NCBI GenBank assembly: GCA_963716255.1
Contig: OY970303.1
Span: 4,544,001 to 4,608,000, forward strand
Reading direction: 5' to 3'
Length of the DNA stretch: 64,000 bases
Source of the DNA: an uncultured Gemmatimonadales bacterium
GTDB taxonomy: Bacteria > Gemmatimonadota > Gemmatimonadetes > Longimicrobiales > Longimicrobiaceae
Shown here: piece by piece, positions 8,976 to 18,390 of the stretch
Numbering within the stretch: position 1 is the stretch's first letter
Layout: each line of letters starts with the position of its first letter
Notes under the pieces: model-generated
Told to the model about the DNA's origin: nothing
What the model saw: the letters and a program-made list of their open reading frames with translations, nothing else
Database searches by the model: none
Program-made: the position numbers and the translations under genes

Positions 8976-10385
8976 ATGGCCGACAGGGACGACGAATCCG
9001 TCCGGGTGGACGAGCGCGTGGGGATCGGGGTGGAGGCGGGGCGCGACCGGCAGGCCCCGGACGCGATCCGCACCGACATCCACCAGACGCGCGAGCGCAT
9101 GAGCCACACCATCGAGGAGCTCAGCGGGCGGCTCAACCCGGAGCACCTCAAGGCGCAGGTCAGGGAGAACGTTCGCGAAGCCACCATCGGGAGGGCGGAA
9201 CACATGGCGCACAGGGCGATGGGCCGGGTCTCCGAGACCCGCAACGGCATGATGGACACGCTGCGGGACAACCCGCTGCCGGCGGCGCTCGTGGGGATCG
9301 GGCTGGGGTGGCTGCTGTGGAACGGCCGCAGGCAGCACGACGACCGCTACGCCGACCCCGGCGTCGACTACCGTCCCGGCGACCGCTACCCGCAGACCGG
9401 CTACCGCGAGCCGGGCTACGGGGCGGCGGGCGGCTACGGCGCGGCCGCCTACGGGAGGTCGGACTTCGGGAGCTGGACGGGGCGCGAGGCGGCCGGCGCG
9501 TACGGCGGCTCGGGCGGCTACCGGTACGAGGAGGACGAGCCCGGGGTGGTGGACCGCGCGCGCAGCCGCGCCTCCGAGCTGGGTGAGACCGCCCGCGAAA
9601 AGGCCGGCGACCTCACCGGCACCGCGCGCGACACCGTCAGCGGCCTGGCGGACCGCACGCGCGACGCGGCCGGCGACGCGGCGGAGCGGGCCCGCTCCGC
9701 CGCGGAAACGCTGGCGCACCAGACCCGCTACCGCACGCACCGGCTGGAGGACCGCTTCCAGGACGCGCTGCACGAGAGCCCGCTGGTGGTGGGGGCGGCG
9801 GCCGTCGCGCTGGGCCTGGCGGCGGGGCTGAGCGCCCCGGCGACGCGCCGCGAGGTGGAGCTGATGGGCGCCACCCGCGACCAGCTCCTGGACCGCGCCA
9901 GGGAGGCGGCGGGCGAGGCCGGCGAGAAGGTGCAGGCCGTCGCCGGGCGCGTGGTGGAGGAGGCGCAGAGCACCGCGAAGCAGGCCGCGCAGGAGCAGGG
10001 CCTGACCTCCCCCGGCGCCCCGGGCGCCGCGGCCGGCGGGAGCGCCGGAGCCGGCTTCGGCGCGGCGGCCGGGACTGCGGGGACGAGCACCGCCTTCGGG
10101 AGCGGGAGCGGGACGGGCGCCGGCACGGGCCCGGGCGGTGCCACCGGGACGGGAGCCGGCACGTCCGGCTTCGGGGGCACGGGGACCGGCGGCGCCGGGA
10201 CCTACACGGACACGGAAGACGGCGGCCTGACCACCACCGGCGGCACGGGAACGGGCCTGGGCACGAGCGGCACAGCCACCAGCGGCGGTTTCGGCGCCGG
10301 CGACGCCGGGAGCACGGGGACGGAGTCCGGCGGCTTCGGGACCGGCACGGACACCCCCGGCGGCACGGGCACCGGGGCCTTCTGA
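8976..10385 (+). CDS. DUF3618-domain protein with a Gly/Thr-rich tail
   Basis: IRTDIHQTRERMSHTIEELSGRLNP; RDNPLPAALVGIGLGWL. Confidence 0.8.
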   Translation: MADRDDESVRVDERVGIGVEAGRDRQAPDAIRTDIHQTRERMSHTIEELSGRLNPEHLKAQVRENVREATIGRAEHMAHRAMGRVSETRNGMMDTLRDNPLPAALVGIGLGWLLWNGRRQHDDRYADPGVDYRPGDRYPQTGYREPGYGAAGGYGAAAYGRSDFGSWTGREAAGAYGGSGGYRYEEDEPGVVDRARSRASELGETAREKAGDLTGTARDTVSGLADRTRDAAGDAAERARSAAETLAHQTRYRTHRLEDRFQDALHESPLVVGAAAVALGLAAGLSAPATRREVELMGATRDQLLDRAREAAGEAGEKVQAVAGRVVEEAQSTAKQAAQEQGLTSPGAPGAAAGGSAGAGFGAAAGTAGTSTAFGSGSGTGAGTGPGGATGTGAGTSGFGGTGTGGAGTYTDTEDGGLTTTGGTGTGLGTSGTATSGGFGAGDAGSTGTESGGFGTGTDTPGGTGTGAF

Positions 10386-10408
10386 CCCGGAGTCCGGCGG
10401 GTGAAATG

Positions 10409-10450
10409 CGAGAGCGGCGCCGGGATCATCCCGGCGCCGCTCTCGTTTTT
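10409..10450 (+). terminator. Intrinsic terminator
   Basis: Long perfect GC stem followed by TTTTT. Confidence 0.75.
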
Positions 10451-10463
10451 CCGGGGCCGGCGG

Positions 10464-10523
10464 GCCCTCACCCGGCTCGCTCGAGGCTCGCCACCCTCTC
10501 CCAGTTCTGGGAGAGGGGGCAAC
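10464..10523 (+). repeat. Family C repeat (CCCTCACCC...CCCTCTCCC..GGGAGAGGG; BoxC/RIME-like)
   Basis: Other copies at 12194, 13810, 19475, 19584, 22813, 26201, 31470, 46571 and 63809. Confidence 0.8.
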
Positions 10524-10552
10524 GGCTGGATGTTGCGGTCGCTTCGAAATCT

Positions 10553-10681
10553 GCGTGAGGGATTTCGGCCCGAAGGGGCGAGACCCGCGGGCAGTTTCGC
10601 GGGGCTCGACTCCGTTGGGCTGCGTTGTTTGCAGCCCTACGGAGCCGAAGCCCGACCCCGGCGCCAGCCGGGGGCACGCCC
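10553..10681 (+). repeat. Repeat family A copy 1 (129-nt multi-hairpin element)
   Basis: GCGTGAGGGAT...GCCCGACCCC..GGGGGCACGCCC. Confidence 0.92.
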
Positions 10682-10703
10682 AACCCCGCAGTTCAGCAGT
10701 CCG

Positions 10704-11960
10704 TCACGCTTGGTCCCACCGCCGCAGCGCCAACGTGCTGTTCGCCCCGCCGAACCCGAACGAGTTGGAGAGCGCCACCTCCACCTGCGCGCGCCGGGCC
10801 GTGTTGGGCACGTAGTCCAGGTCGCACTCCGGGTCCGGGTCGGTGAGGTTGATGGTGGGCGGGAGCACCCCGTCGCGCAGCGCCAGCACCGTGAGCCCCG
10901 CCTCGATCGCCGCCGTCCCGCCCAGCGCGTGCCCCAGCATGCTCTTGGTGGACGACACCGCCAGCCGGTCCGCGTGCTCCCCGAACACCGCGCGGATCGC
11001 CCGCGTCTCGGCCAGGTCGCCCACCGGGGTGGAGGTGCCGTGCGCGTTGACGTAGCCCACCGATTCGGGCGCGATCCCCCCGCTGCGCAGCGCCCGGCGG
11101 ATCGCCAGCGCCGCGCCCTCGCCGTTCTCCGGCGGGGCGGTGACGTGGTACGCGTCCGAGCTCATCCCGAACCCCGCCACCTCCGCCAGGATCGGCGCGC
11201 CCCGCCGCCGCGCCGACTCCAGCTCCTCCAGCACCAGGATCCCCGCCCCCTCCGCGTGGACGAAGCCGCTGCGCTTCGCGTCGAAGGGGCGCGACGCGGT
11301 CTCCGGGGAGTCGTAGTCGGTGGCCAGGGCGCGCGCCGCGGCGAAGCCCGCGAACGAGATGGGGGTGACGCACGCCTCCGTGCCCCCCGCCAGCATCATG
11401 TTCGCGTCGCCGCGCTGGATGGCGTGGAACGCCTCGCCGATGGCGTGGTTGCTGGTGGCGCACGCGGACACCGGCGAGTAGCTGGGCCCCATCGCCCCGG
11501 TGCGGATGGACACCTGCCCCGCCGCCAGGTTGATGATGCTCGCCGGGATGAAGAACGGCGACACCCGCCCCGGCCCGCGCTCCGCCATCAGCTTGGACGT
11601 CTCCATGATGGAGATCAGCCCGCCCATCCCCGAGCCGATGATGACGCCCGTCTCTTCCGGCTCCGGCACCGGCCCCAGCCCCCCGAGCCCGGCGGAGCGG
11701 AGCGCCTCGTCGGCGGCGACCAGCGCGTACTGGATGAACCAGTCCATGCGCCGCGCCTCCTTGCGGTCGATCACCCCCTCCGGGTCGAAGCCCTTGACCT
11801 CGCCCGCGATGGCGACCGATGCGGGGAACCCCTCCGGCGAGAACTTGGTGAGCGGCCCGATGCCGGAGCGCCCCTCCACCACGCCCTTCCAGGTCTCCTC
11901 CACGGAGTTCCCCAGCGGTGTGACCATGCCGATTCCGGTGACGACGACGCGACGCGACAA
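10704..11960 (-). CDS. fabF: 3-oxoacyl-ACP synthase II
   Basis: RRVVVTGIG, SACATS, NAHGTST, KSMLGH, SNSFGFGG; TTG start. Confidence 0.95.
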   Translation of the reverse strand: MSRRVVVTGIGMVTPLGNSVEETWKGVVEGRSGIGPLTKFSPEGFPASVAIAGEVKGFDPEGVIDRKEARRMDWFIQYALVAADEALRSAGLGGLGPVPEPEETGVIIGSGMGGLISIMETSKLMAERGPGRVSPFFIPASIINLAAGQVSIRTGAMGPSYSPVSACATSNHAIGEAFHAIQRGDANMMLAGGTEACVTPISFAGFAAARALATDYDSPETASRPFDAKRSGFVHAEGAGILVLEELESARRRGAPILAEVAGFGMSSDAYHVTAPPENGEGAALAIRRALRSGGIAPESVGYVNAHGTSTPVGDLAETRAIRAVFGEHADRLAVSSTKSMLGHALGGTAAIEAGLTVLALRDGVLPPTINLTDPDPECDLDYVPNTARRAQVEVALSNSFGFGGANSTLALRRWDQA

Positions 11961-12010
11961 GCCGGCCTTCCTGGTTTCCTCGTTTGAACTGACTTCTGAC
12001 GGCGGGGTTC

Positions 12011-12139
12011 GGGCGTGCCCCTCGCTGGCGCTCGGGTCGGGCTTCGGCTCCGTAAGGCAGCAAACAACGCTGCCTAACGGAGTCGAGCCCCGGCAAACTG
12101 CCGCCGGGTCTCGCCCCTTCGGGCCGGAATCCCTCACGC
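12011..12139 (-). repeat. Repeat family A copy 2
   Basis: Reverse complement match to family A. Confidence 0.92.
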
Positions 12140-12260
12140 GGGGCCCGCGCTGGCGCCCGCAGGGGCCCCACACCGGCGCTGCGGTTCCAAGCCGTTGCCC
12201 CCTCTCCCAGAATTGGGAGAGGGTGGCGAGCCTCAAGCGAGCCGGGTGAGGGCCCTGCCG

Positions 12261-12926
12261 TTATTCCGCCCGCAGCAGTCCCTTGCGCAGCGCGAACCGC
12301 ACCAGCTCGCTCCGGTGGTGGAGGTCCAGCTTTTCCATGATGCGGGCGCGGTAGGTGTCCACCGTCTTGGGGGAGATGAACAGCTTCTTGCCGATCTCGC
12401 TGGAGCTGAACCCCTCCACGGTGAACGACAGCACCTCGCGCTCGCGGTCCGTGAGCCGGTCGATGGGGTCCTCCTCGCCGGCCTCGGACTTCTGCTTCAG
12501 GCCGCGCAGCAGCAGCTTGGCGGCGCTGGGATACAGGAACACGTCGCCGCGGGCCACGGTGCGGATGGCCTCGATCAGCTCCTCGTCCGCGCTGCGCTTG
12601 TTCACGTAGCCGGAGCCGCCCGCCTCCAGCACGGGGAGGAGGTGCTCCTCCTCGCCGTGCATGGTGAGCACCAGCACGCGCGTTCCCTGGTCCAGCGCCG
12701 CGATGGCGCGGGTGGCCTCCAGGCCGCCCTGGCCGGGCATGGACAGGTCCATCACCACCACGTCGGGGCGCAGCTCCGCGGCGCGGGCGGTGCCCTCCTC
12801 GCCGGTGCCGGCCTCGCCCACCACCTGGAACCCCGGCTCGGCCTCCAGCAGCGCGCGCAGCCCGGCGCGGAGCACCGCGTGGTCGTCCACCAGCAGGACC
12901 CTGATCGTCTCCGGTTCCGGCGTCAT
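12261..12926 (-). CDS. NarL/LuxR-family response regulator
   Basis: VLLVDDH, VMDLSMP, LTDREREVL, ISPKTVDTYR. Confidence 0.95.
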   Translation of the reverse strand: MTPEPETIRVLLVDDHAVLRAGLRALLEAEPGFQVVGEAGTGEEGTARAAELRPDVVVMDLSMPGQGGLEATRAIAALDQGTRVLVLTMHGEEEHLLPVLEAGGSGYVNKRSADEELIEAIRTVARGDVFLYPSAAKLLLRGLKQKSEAGEEDPIDRLTDREREVLSFTVEGFSSSEIGKKLFISPKTVDTYRARIMEKLDLHHRSELVRFALRKGLLRAE

Positions 12927-13022
12927 GGGGGCGTGGGTTGGGGGGAGCGGGCGCGCGGCGGATCTCCCGTCCCGCGGCGGCGCAATCTTGCGGCTCCGGC
13001 GCGCGGTCGCAAGCGCGTGCGG

Positions 13023-13760
13023 CTACAGGCGCTTCTGCAGCGCGTCCGGCGTCCACCGCGCCAGCAGCGCCGCCAGCGTGGAGAACGACCCGGAGAGCAG
13101 CAGCACCCCCACCGCGACCAGCAGCACCCCGCTGGCCCGGCTCACCCAGGGGAGCAGGTGCCGGTAGCGCCGGAACGCGCCCAGGAAGCGGTCGATCAGC
13201 AGCGTCGCCAGCAGGAAGGGCACGGCGAGCCCCGCCGAGTACACCGCCAGCAGCCCCATCCCCTCCGCCACCGAGCCGCGCGTGGCCGCCAGCGTGAGGA
13301 TCCCCCCCAGGATGGGCCCGATGCACGGCGTCCACCCCGCCCCGAAGGCCACCCCCACCAGCACCGTCCCCAGGTACCCCACCGGCTTGTCCGCCACGTG
13401 CACGCGCCACTCGCGCGACGCCCCGGGCAGCCGCAGCACCCCCAGCAGGTACAGCCCGAACACCACCAGCAGCCCTCCCCCGAAGATCTCCACCCAGCGG
13501 CTCGCGTACGAGAGCAGCGCCCCCAGGAACGTCGCCGACGCGCCCAGCAGGATGAACACCGTGGTGAAGCCCAGGATGAAGAGCAGCCCGTGCGTCAGCA
13601 CCGCCCGCCGCCCCCGTCCGGACTCCTCCTGGAGCTCGTCCAGGCTCATCCCGGTGATGAAGGTGGCGTAGCTGGGGATGAGCGGGAGCACGCACGGGGA
13701 AAGGAAGCTCAGCACCCCGGCGGTGAAGGCGACGGCGAGCCCGAGAGATTCGGCCTGCAT
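13023..13760 (-). CDS. ccdA: Cytochrome c biogenesis protein CcdA
   Basis: SFLSPCVLPLIP and GWTPCIGPILG. Confidence 0.92.
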   Translation of the reverse strand: MQAESLGLAVAFTAGVLSFLSPCVLPLIPSYATFITGMSLDELQEESGRGRRAVLTHGLLFILGFTTVFILLGASATFLGALLSYASRWVEIFGGGLLVVFGLYLLGVLRLPGASREWRVHVADKPVGYLGTVLVGVAFGAGWTPCIGPILGGILTLAATRGSVAEGMGLLAVYSAGLAVPFLLATLLIDRFLGAFRRYRHLLPWVSRASGVLLVAVGVLLLSGSFSTLAALLARWTPDALQKRL

Positions 13761-13771
13761 GAAGGACGCGA

Positions 13772-13799
13772 GGGAACAGGGAATAGGGAATAGGAACAG
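13772..13799. repeat. Short heptamer tandem repeat (GGGAAYA)
   Basis: gggaacagggaatagggaataggaacag; related tracts near 2698 and 36245. Confidence 0.65.
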
Positions 13800-13928
13800 C
13801 CCGCAAACGGCCCTCACCCGGCTCGCTTGAGGCGCGCCACCCTCTCCCTTCATCCGGTTCACGCGAAGCGTGAAGCGCCATTCTGGGAGAGGGGGCAACT
13901 GCTGGATCTTGCGGTTACGTCGGCAGTT

Positions 13929-14057
13929 GCGTGAGGGATTACGGCCCGAAGGGGCGAGACCCGGCGGCTGTTTTCCGGGGCTCGACTCCGTTAGGCAGCG
14001 TCGTTTGCTGCCTTACGGAGCCGAAGCCCGACCCCGGCGCCAGCCGGGGGCACGCCC
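13929..14057 (+). repeat. Repeat family A copy 3
   Basis: Direct match to family A. Confidence 0.92.
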
Positions 14058-14157
14058 GAACCAGGCCGTTCAATCCGTCCCACCCGCCATCAAGCTACGA
14101 AAACAAAAGGCCCCGGGTGAACCCGGAGCCCCCAGTACCCGCCACCGGCCACCCGGT

Positions 14158-15651
14158 TCAGTCCGCGGCGACCTCGGCGGCGAAGCGCTCCTCCATCCGC
14201 TCGCCGCAGCCCATGCGGCTGCGCAGGCCGGAAAGCAGGTAGTCCAGCACGTCGCCGGCCGAGTAGGCGTGGCGCCCCTGGCCCAGGAACCGGCGGATGA
14301 TCTTGAGGTCGTCGCCGCTGGTGATCAGCGGCTTCTCCACCGAGCCGTCCTCGCGCACCTGGCCGTGGCCTACGTCCGCCATGAGCGCGTTGCACAGGCA
14401 CTTGCGCCCCACCGTGTCGGCCGCGTCGCCGCCCTTCTTGACGTAGGTGTCCACCGGCTCGGCGGGGCAGCGGTAGCCCAGGCGCCCGTTGGGCATGCGG
14501 TAGGTGCTGCGCAGGTACCCCAGGTCGCAGACGCGCTCGCGCGCCGCGTACTCCGCCGGCTGCGACATGGTGCCGCCCAGCTGCACCACCTTGAAGGGGA
14601 AGCCCGTGGGCGAGGCGCGCCCGTCGGTGAGCACGTCCACCTCGTCGTCCAGCGCCTGGCGGAGCACCTGCTCCTTGAGGTCGGCGCTGAAGCCGGACTC
14701 CTCCGTGAAGGCGAACAGCGTTCCCACCTGGATCCCGGCCGCGCCCTCGTCCAGCGCCTCCTGCAGCTTCTCCGGCGAGCCCGCGCTCCCCGCCAGCCAG
14801 AACGGGAGCCCCAGCTCGCGCATCTTGGCCAGGCACACCTCGTCGCGCTCGCCGTACACCGGCTCGCCGCGCTCGTTGAGCTGCAGGTCGCCGCGGGGCG
14901 GGGCGTTGTGGCCGCCCGCCGTGGGGGCCTCGATGATGAACCCGTCCACCCGGCCGCTCGCCTTGCGCGCCAGCATGGTCGCCAGCGAGTTGGAGGCGAT
15001 GATGGGAAAAAAGAACGGCCGCTGCATCTCGGTGGGGGGCTCCGCGGAGTGCTCGCGCGGGTCGAAGGTCATCACCGCCGGCTCGCCGCCGCCGTCCACG
15101 TCCAGCTTGAGCGAGGCGGGAAGGTGCTCCGCGAAGCGGTCCAGGATCCCCGGGATCTCCTTGGGGATCCCCGCGCCCATGAGCACGTAGTCCACCCGGG
15201 CCAGCATCGCCCCGTAGAGCGAGTCCAGGTTGGGCATCTGCACCTTGGTGAGCAGGTTGATGCCCACCTTGCCGTCGTGCCCCTCCTTGGCCAGCCACAC
15301 CTCGCAGAAGTTGGCCGCCATGGTGAGCTGCTGCCGCACCCGCGTCACCACCTGCTTGTACATGGGGACGGGCTTGTACGGCTCGTCCGCCGCGCGCCCC
15401 TCCGGGCGGAAGTAGCGGTCCAGGATCTCCTGCGCCACGTCCGGGATGGGAAAGTCCTCCAGCGCCCGCCGCAGGTGCCCGCCGATGTCGCCGTCCTGGA
15501 GCCTGCGCACGAACAGCGAGTCCAGCGCCGTCCCCGAGACGACGCCGAGCTGGCCGCGCATGGAGACCGCCTTCGCGAGCACCCAGCAGGAGACACCGAC
15601 ACCCATCCCGCCCTGGATGATCATGGGGTGCGTGAGCGCGGCAGCGGTCAT
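14158..15651 (-). CDS. Nitronate monooxygenase/FabK-like FMN oxidoreductase
   Basis: IIQGGMGVGVS, EAPTAGGH, GIQVGTLF. Confidence 0.85.
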   Translation of the reverse strand: MTAAALTHPMIIQGGMGVGVSCWVLAKAVSMRGQLGVVSGTALDSLFVRRLQDGDIGGHLRRALEDFPIPDVAQEILDRYFRPEGRAADEPYKPVPMYKQVVTRVRQQLTMAANFCEVWLAKEGHDGKVGINLLTKVQMPNLDSLYGAMLARVDYVLMGAGIPKEIPGILDRFAEHLPASLKLDVDGGGEPAVMTFDPREHSAEPPTEMQRPFFFPIIASNSLATMLARKASGRVDGFIIEAPTAGGHNAPPRGDLQLNERGEPVYGERDEVCLAKMRELGLPFWLAGSAGSPEKLQEALDEGAAGIQVGTLFAFTEESGFSADLKEQVLRQALDDEVDVLTDGRASPTGFPFKVVQLGGTMSQPAEYAARERVCDLGYLRSTYRMPNGRLGYRCPAEPVDTYVKKGGDAADTVGRKCLCNALMADVGHGQVREDGSVEKPLITSGDDLKIIRRFLGQGRHAYSAGDVLDYLLSGLRSRMGCGERMEERFAAEVAAD

Positions 15652-15781
15652 ACGAGGTCCTCGGTTGGATGGCACGTCGAAGGGGGAGTCGGGCAATGTA
15701 CGAGATAGGTCACGGGTTCGCAACGACTTGCGGACCTACCTGTACTCCGGTGAACCCCGCTCAGTTCCATTTTCGTGAAAT

Positions 15782-15797
15782 TGCAACCCTGGTGCCA
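15782..15797 (-). promoter_or_regulatory. sigma54 promoter (near consensus)
   Basis: Minus strand TGGCACCAGGGTTGCA. Confidence 0.7.
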
Positions 15798-15939
15798 CGA
15801 CGCGAAAAGTTGACGGTGCCGTGATTTAGCCGTTTCGCTCCGGCGCGTCCGCGGGTGTTGCCCGCCCCCTCCGCGAGCGGGTATTTTCGGCGTGCCGGCG
15901 GGGCGTCCGCCCCGCCCTTCCCCGCGAAGCGAGCAGAAA

Positions 15940-16749
15940 ATGGCCGAGTTGCACCCCGCCACCCTGGAGGGCTGGTACGCCCTCCACCAGGCATGGACCC
16001 TCGACTGGGCGGCGCTGCGCGCCCTGGACCCCGCGGCGCGCGCGGAGCTCGCCGCCGGGGCGGAAGCGCTGTGGGACGAACTGGCCGCGCCACAGACCGG
16101 CTGGAGCGCCTCCTTCCGCCTGGTGGGCGGGGGCGCCGACGTGCTGTTCGCGCACTTCCGCCCCACGCTGGAGGAACTGGCCGAGGTGGAGCTGCGCATC
16201 CGCCGCTCGGCGCTGGGCGGGGTGCTGCGCGCGGAGTGGGACTACCTGTCCGTCACGGAGGCGGGGCTGTACCACGCCACCGCCGAGGCCGCGCGCGAGC
16301 ACGGCGGCGGCACCGACGCCTTCCGCCAGGCGCTGGACGAGGCGGCGGCCGCGGAGCTGGCGAGTCCGCACGTGCGCACCCGCCTGTTCCCGCAGGTGCC
16401 GGACGGGATGAAATACGTGTCCTTCTACCCCATGAGCAAGCGGCGCGTGCCGGACGCCAACTGGTACACCCTGCCGGTGGAGGAGCGCAGCCGGCTGATG
16501 CGCGAGCACGGCATGACCGGGCGCCGCTTCGCCGGGCGCATCTTCCAGGTGATCACCGGCTCGGTGGGGCTGGACGACTGGGAGTGGGGGGTGACGCTCT
16601 TCGCGCGCGAACCGCTGGACTTCAAGCGCATCGTCACGGAGATGCGCTACGACGACGCCAGCGCGCTGTACGGCGAGTTCGGCGAGTTCGTCACCGGCAT
16701 CCGTTTTGCCCCCGGCGGGTGGCGGGAGCTCCTGGGAGCCCCGGAATGA
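15940..16749 (+). CDS. hemQ: Coproheme decarboxylase / chlorite dismutase family protein
   Basis: FYPMSKRR, NWYTL..ER..LMREHG, ITGSVGLDDWEWGVTLF. Confidence 0.85.
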   Translation: MAELHPATLEGWYALHQAWTLDWAALRALDPAARAELAAGAEALWDELAAPQTGWSASFRLVGGGADVLFAHFRPTLEELAEVELRIRRSALGGVLRAEWDYLSVTEAGLYHATAEAAREHGGGTDAFRQALDEAAAAELASPHVRTRLFPQVPDGMKYVSFYPMSKRRVPDANWYTLPVEERSRLMREHGMTGRRFAGRIFQVITGSVGLDDWEWGVTLFAREPLDFKRIVTEMRYDDASALYGEFGEFVTGIRFAPGGWRELLGAPE

Positions 16750-16807
16750 GCGCGCGCCGCGCGCTTTCCTGCTGGCCCGTGCCCCACCGGCGCGGTATCT
16801 TCCCCGG

Positions 16808-17587
16808 ATGAACTGGCAACGACCCTTCGCCGTCGTCGGCGGCTCGACGCTGCGCGTCCTCGGGGGGCTGGGCGGCTTCGGCCGCTTCGCCCTGGAATCG
16901 GCGCGCGCGCTCACCATCCTGACCACCTGGGGCCCGCTCCTGGTGAACCAGATGCGGCGCCTGGGGGTCGACTCGCTCCCTATCTCGCTGTTCATCGCCA
17001 CCTTCACCGGGGTCGTGCTGTCGCTGCAGGCCTCGTACACGCTCACCGGCGCGGTCCCGCTGTACTTCGTGGGGACGCTGGTGGGGAAGACGGTGATGCT
17101 GGAGCTGGGGCCCGTGCTCACGGGGCTGGCGCTGTCGGGGCGGGTGGGGGCGAACATCGCGGCGGAGCTGGGGACCATGCGCGTGTCGGAGCAGATCGAC
17201 GCGCTGGAGACCATGGCGTACGACCCGCTGGCCTACCTGGTGGTGCCGCGGATCATCGCCGGGATCCTGATGTTCCCCATCGTGGTGATCTTCGCCAACA
17301 TCGTGGGGATCACCGCGGGGTGGATCACGGCGATCAACCTGCTGGAGATGTCCACGGAGGAGTTCATCAAGGGGCTGCGCCTGTTCTACGTGCCCTTCGA
17401 CGTCACCTACTTCCTGATCAAGTCCGCCTCCTTCGGGCTGGTGGTGACGCTGATCGGGTGCTTCCAGGGGTTCACCACCAGCGGCGGCGCCGAGGGCGTG
17501 GGGATCTCCACCACGCGGGCGGTGGTGATCGGGAGCATGCTGATCCTGGTGCTGGACGCCTTCTGGGCGGCGGTGCTGCTGCGATGA
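16808..17587 (+). CDS. mlaE: Mla/Mce ABC transporter permease
   Basis: ELGPVLTGL..GRVG..IAAELGTMRVSEQIDAL. Confidence 0.93.
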   Translation: MNWQRPFAVVGGSTLRVLGGLGGFGRFALESARALTILTTWGPLLVNQMRRLGVDSLPISLFIATFTGVVLSLQASYTLTGAVPLYFVGTLVGKTVMLELGPVLTGLALSGRVGANIAAELGTMRVSEQIDALETMAYDPLAYLVVPRIIAGILMFPIVVIFANIVGITAGWITAINLLEMSTEEFIKGLRLFYVPFDVTYFLIKSASFGLVVTLIGCFQGFTTSGGAEGVGISTTRAVVIGSMLILVLDAFWAAVLLR

Positions 17588-18390
17588 GCATCGAGCTGGT
17601 GGACGTCCACAAGGCCTTCGGGCAGAAGCACGTGCTCCGCGGCATCTCGTTCGAGGTGGGCCGCGGGGAGACGCTGTCGCTCATCGGCTTCTCGGGCGCG
17701 GGAAAGAGCACCATCCTCAAGCACGTGGTGGGGCTCATCCGCCCGGACCGGGGAAGCGTGAAGGTGGATGACATGGAGGTGCCCAGGCTGGCCCGCACGG
17801 AGCTGTACGAGCTGCGGCGCAGCATCGGCTACGTGTTCCAGTTCGCGGCGCTCTTCGACTCCATGACCATCGCCGACAACATCGCGATGGGGCTGCGCAA
17901 GCAGGGAAAGCTCACCGAGGCGCAGATCCGCGAGCGGGTGGCGGACTCGCTGGAGCGCGTGGACCTGGCGGGGTACGAGGCGCGCTACCCGGCGGAGCTT
18001 TCCGGCGGCCAGAAGAAGCGCGCCGGCCTGGCGCGCGCGGTGGCCTTCCGCCCGCGCTACCTGCTGTACGACGAGCCCACCAGCGGGCTGGACCCGGTGA
18101 CCACCACCACCATCGACGTGCTCATCCGCAAGATGCAGTCGGACCTGGGCACCACCTCGCTGGTGATCACGCACGACATGGAGAGCGCGTTCCGCATCAG
18201 CGACCGCATCGCCATGCTGTACGAGGGGCGGGTGGTGGAGGAGGGGACGCCGGACCAGATCCGGAGCTCGCAGAACCCCATCGTGCGCGGCTTCGTGGAA
18301 GGCAGGCCCGACCTGGTGGAGCAGACGCAAACCGGCAACGCAGCGGCGCACGCGCGTCCCGCGGCCCCTCGCACCGGAGGACGTGAATGA
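17584..18390 (+). CDS. mlaF: Mla/Mce ABC transporter ATPase
   Basis: GFSGAGKS, LSGGQ, YDEPTSGLDP; ATGA overlap with mlaE. Confidence 0.93.
   Translation: MSIELVDVHKAFGQKHVLRGISFEVGRGETLSLIGFSGAGKSTILKHVVGLIRPDRGSVKVDDMEVPRLARTELYELRRSIGYVFQFAALFDSMTIADNIAMGLRKQGKLTEAQIRERVADSLERVDLAGYEARYPAELSGGQKKRAGLARAVAFRPRYLLYDEPTSGLDPVTTTTIDVLIRKMQSDLGTTSLVITHDMESAFRISDRIAMLYEGRVVEEGTPDQIRSSQNPIVRGFVEGRPDLVEQTQTGNAAAHARPAAPRTGGRE

Noticed and set aside
10555..10846. Recurrent ORFs beginning MRDFGPKGRDP, MFAALRSRSP or MPPAGAGVGL
   Set aside because: They are translations of repeat family A in different frames, with no RBS and no consistent stop; not a protein family
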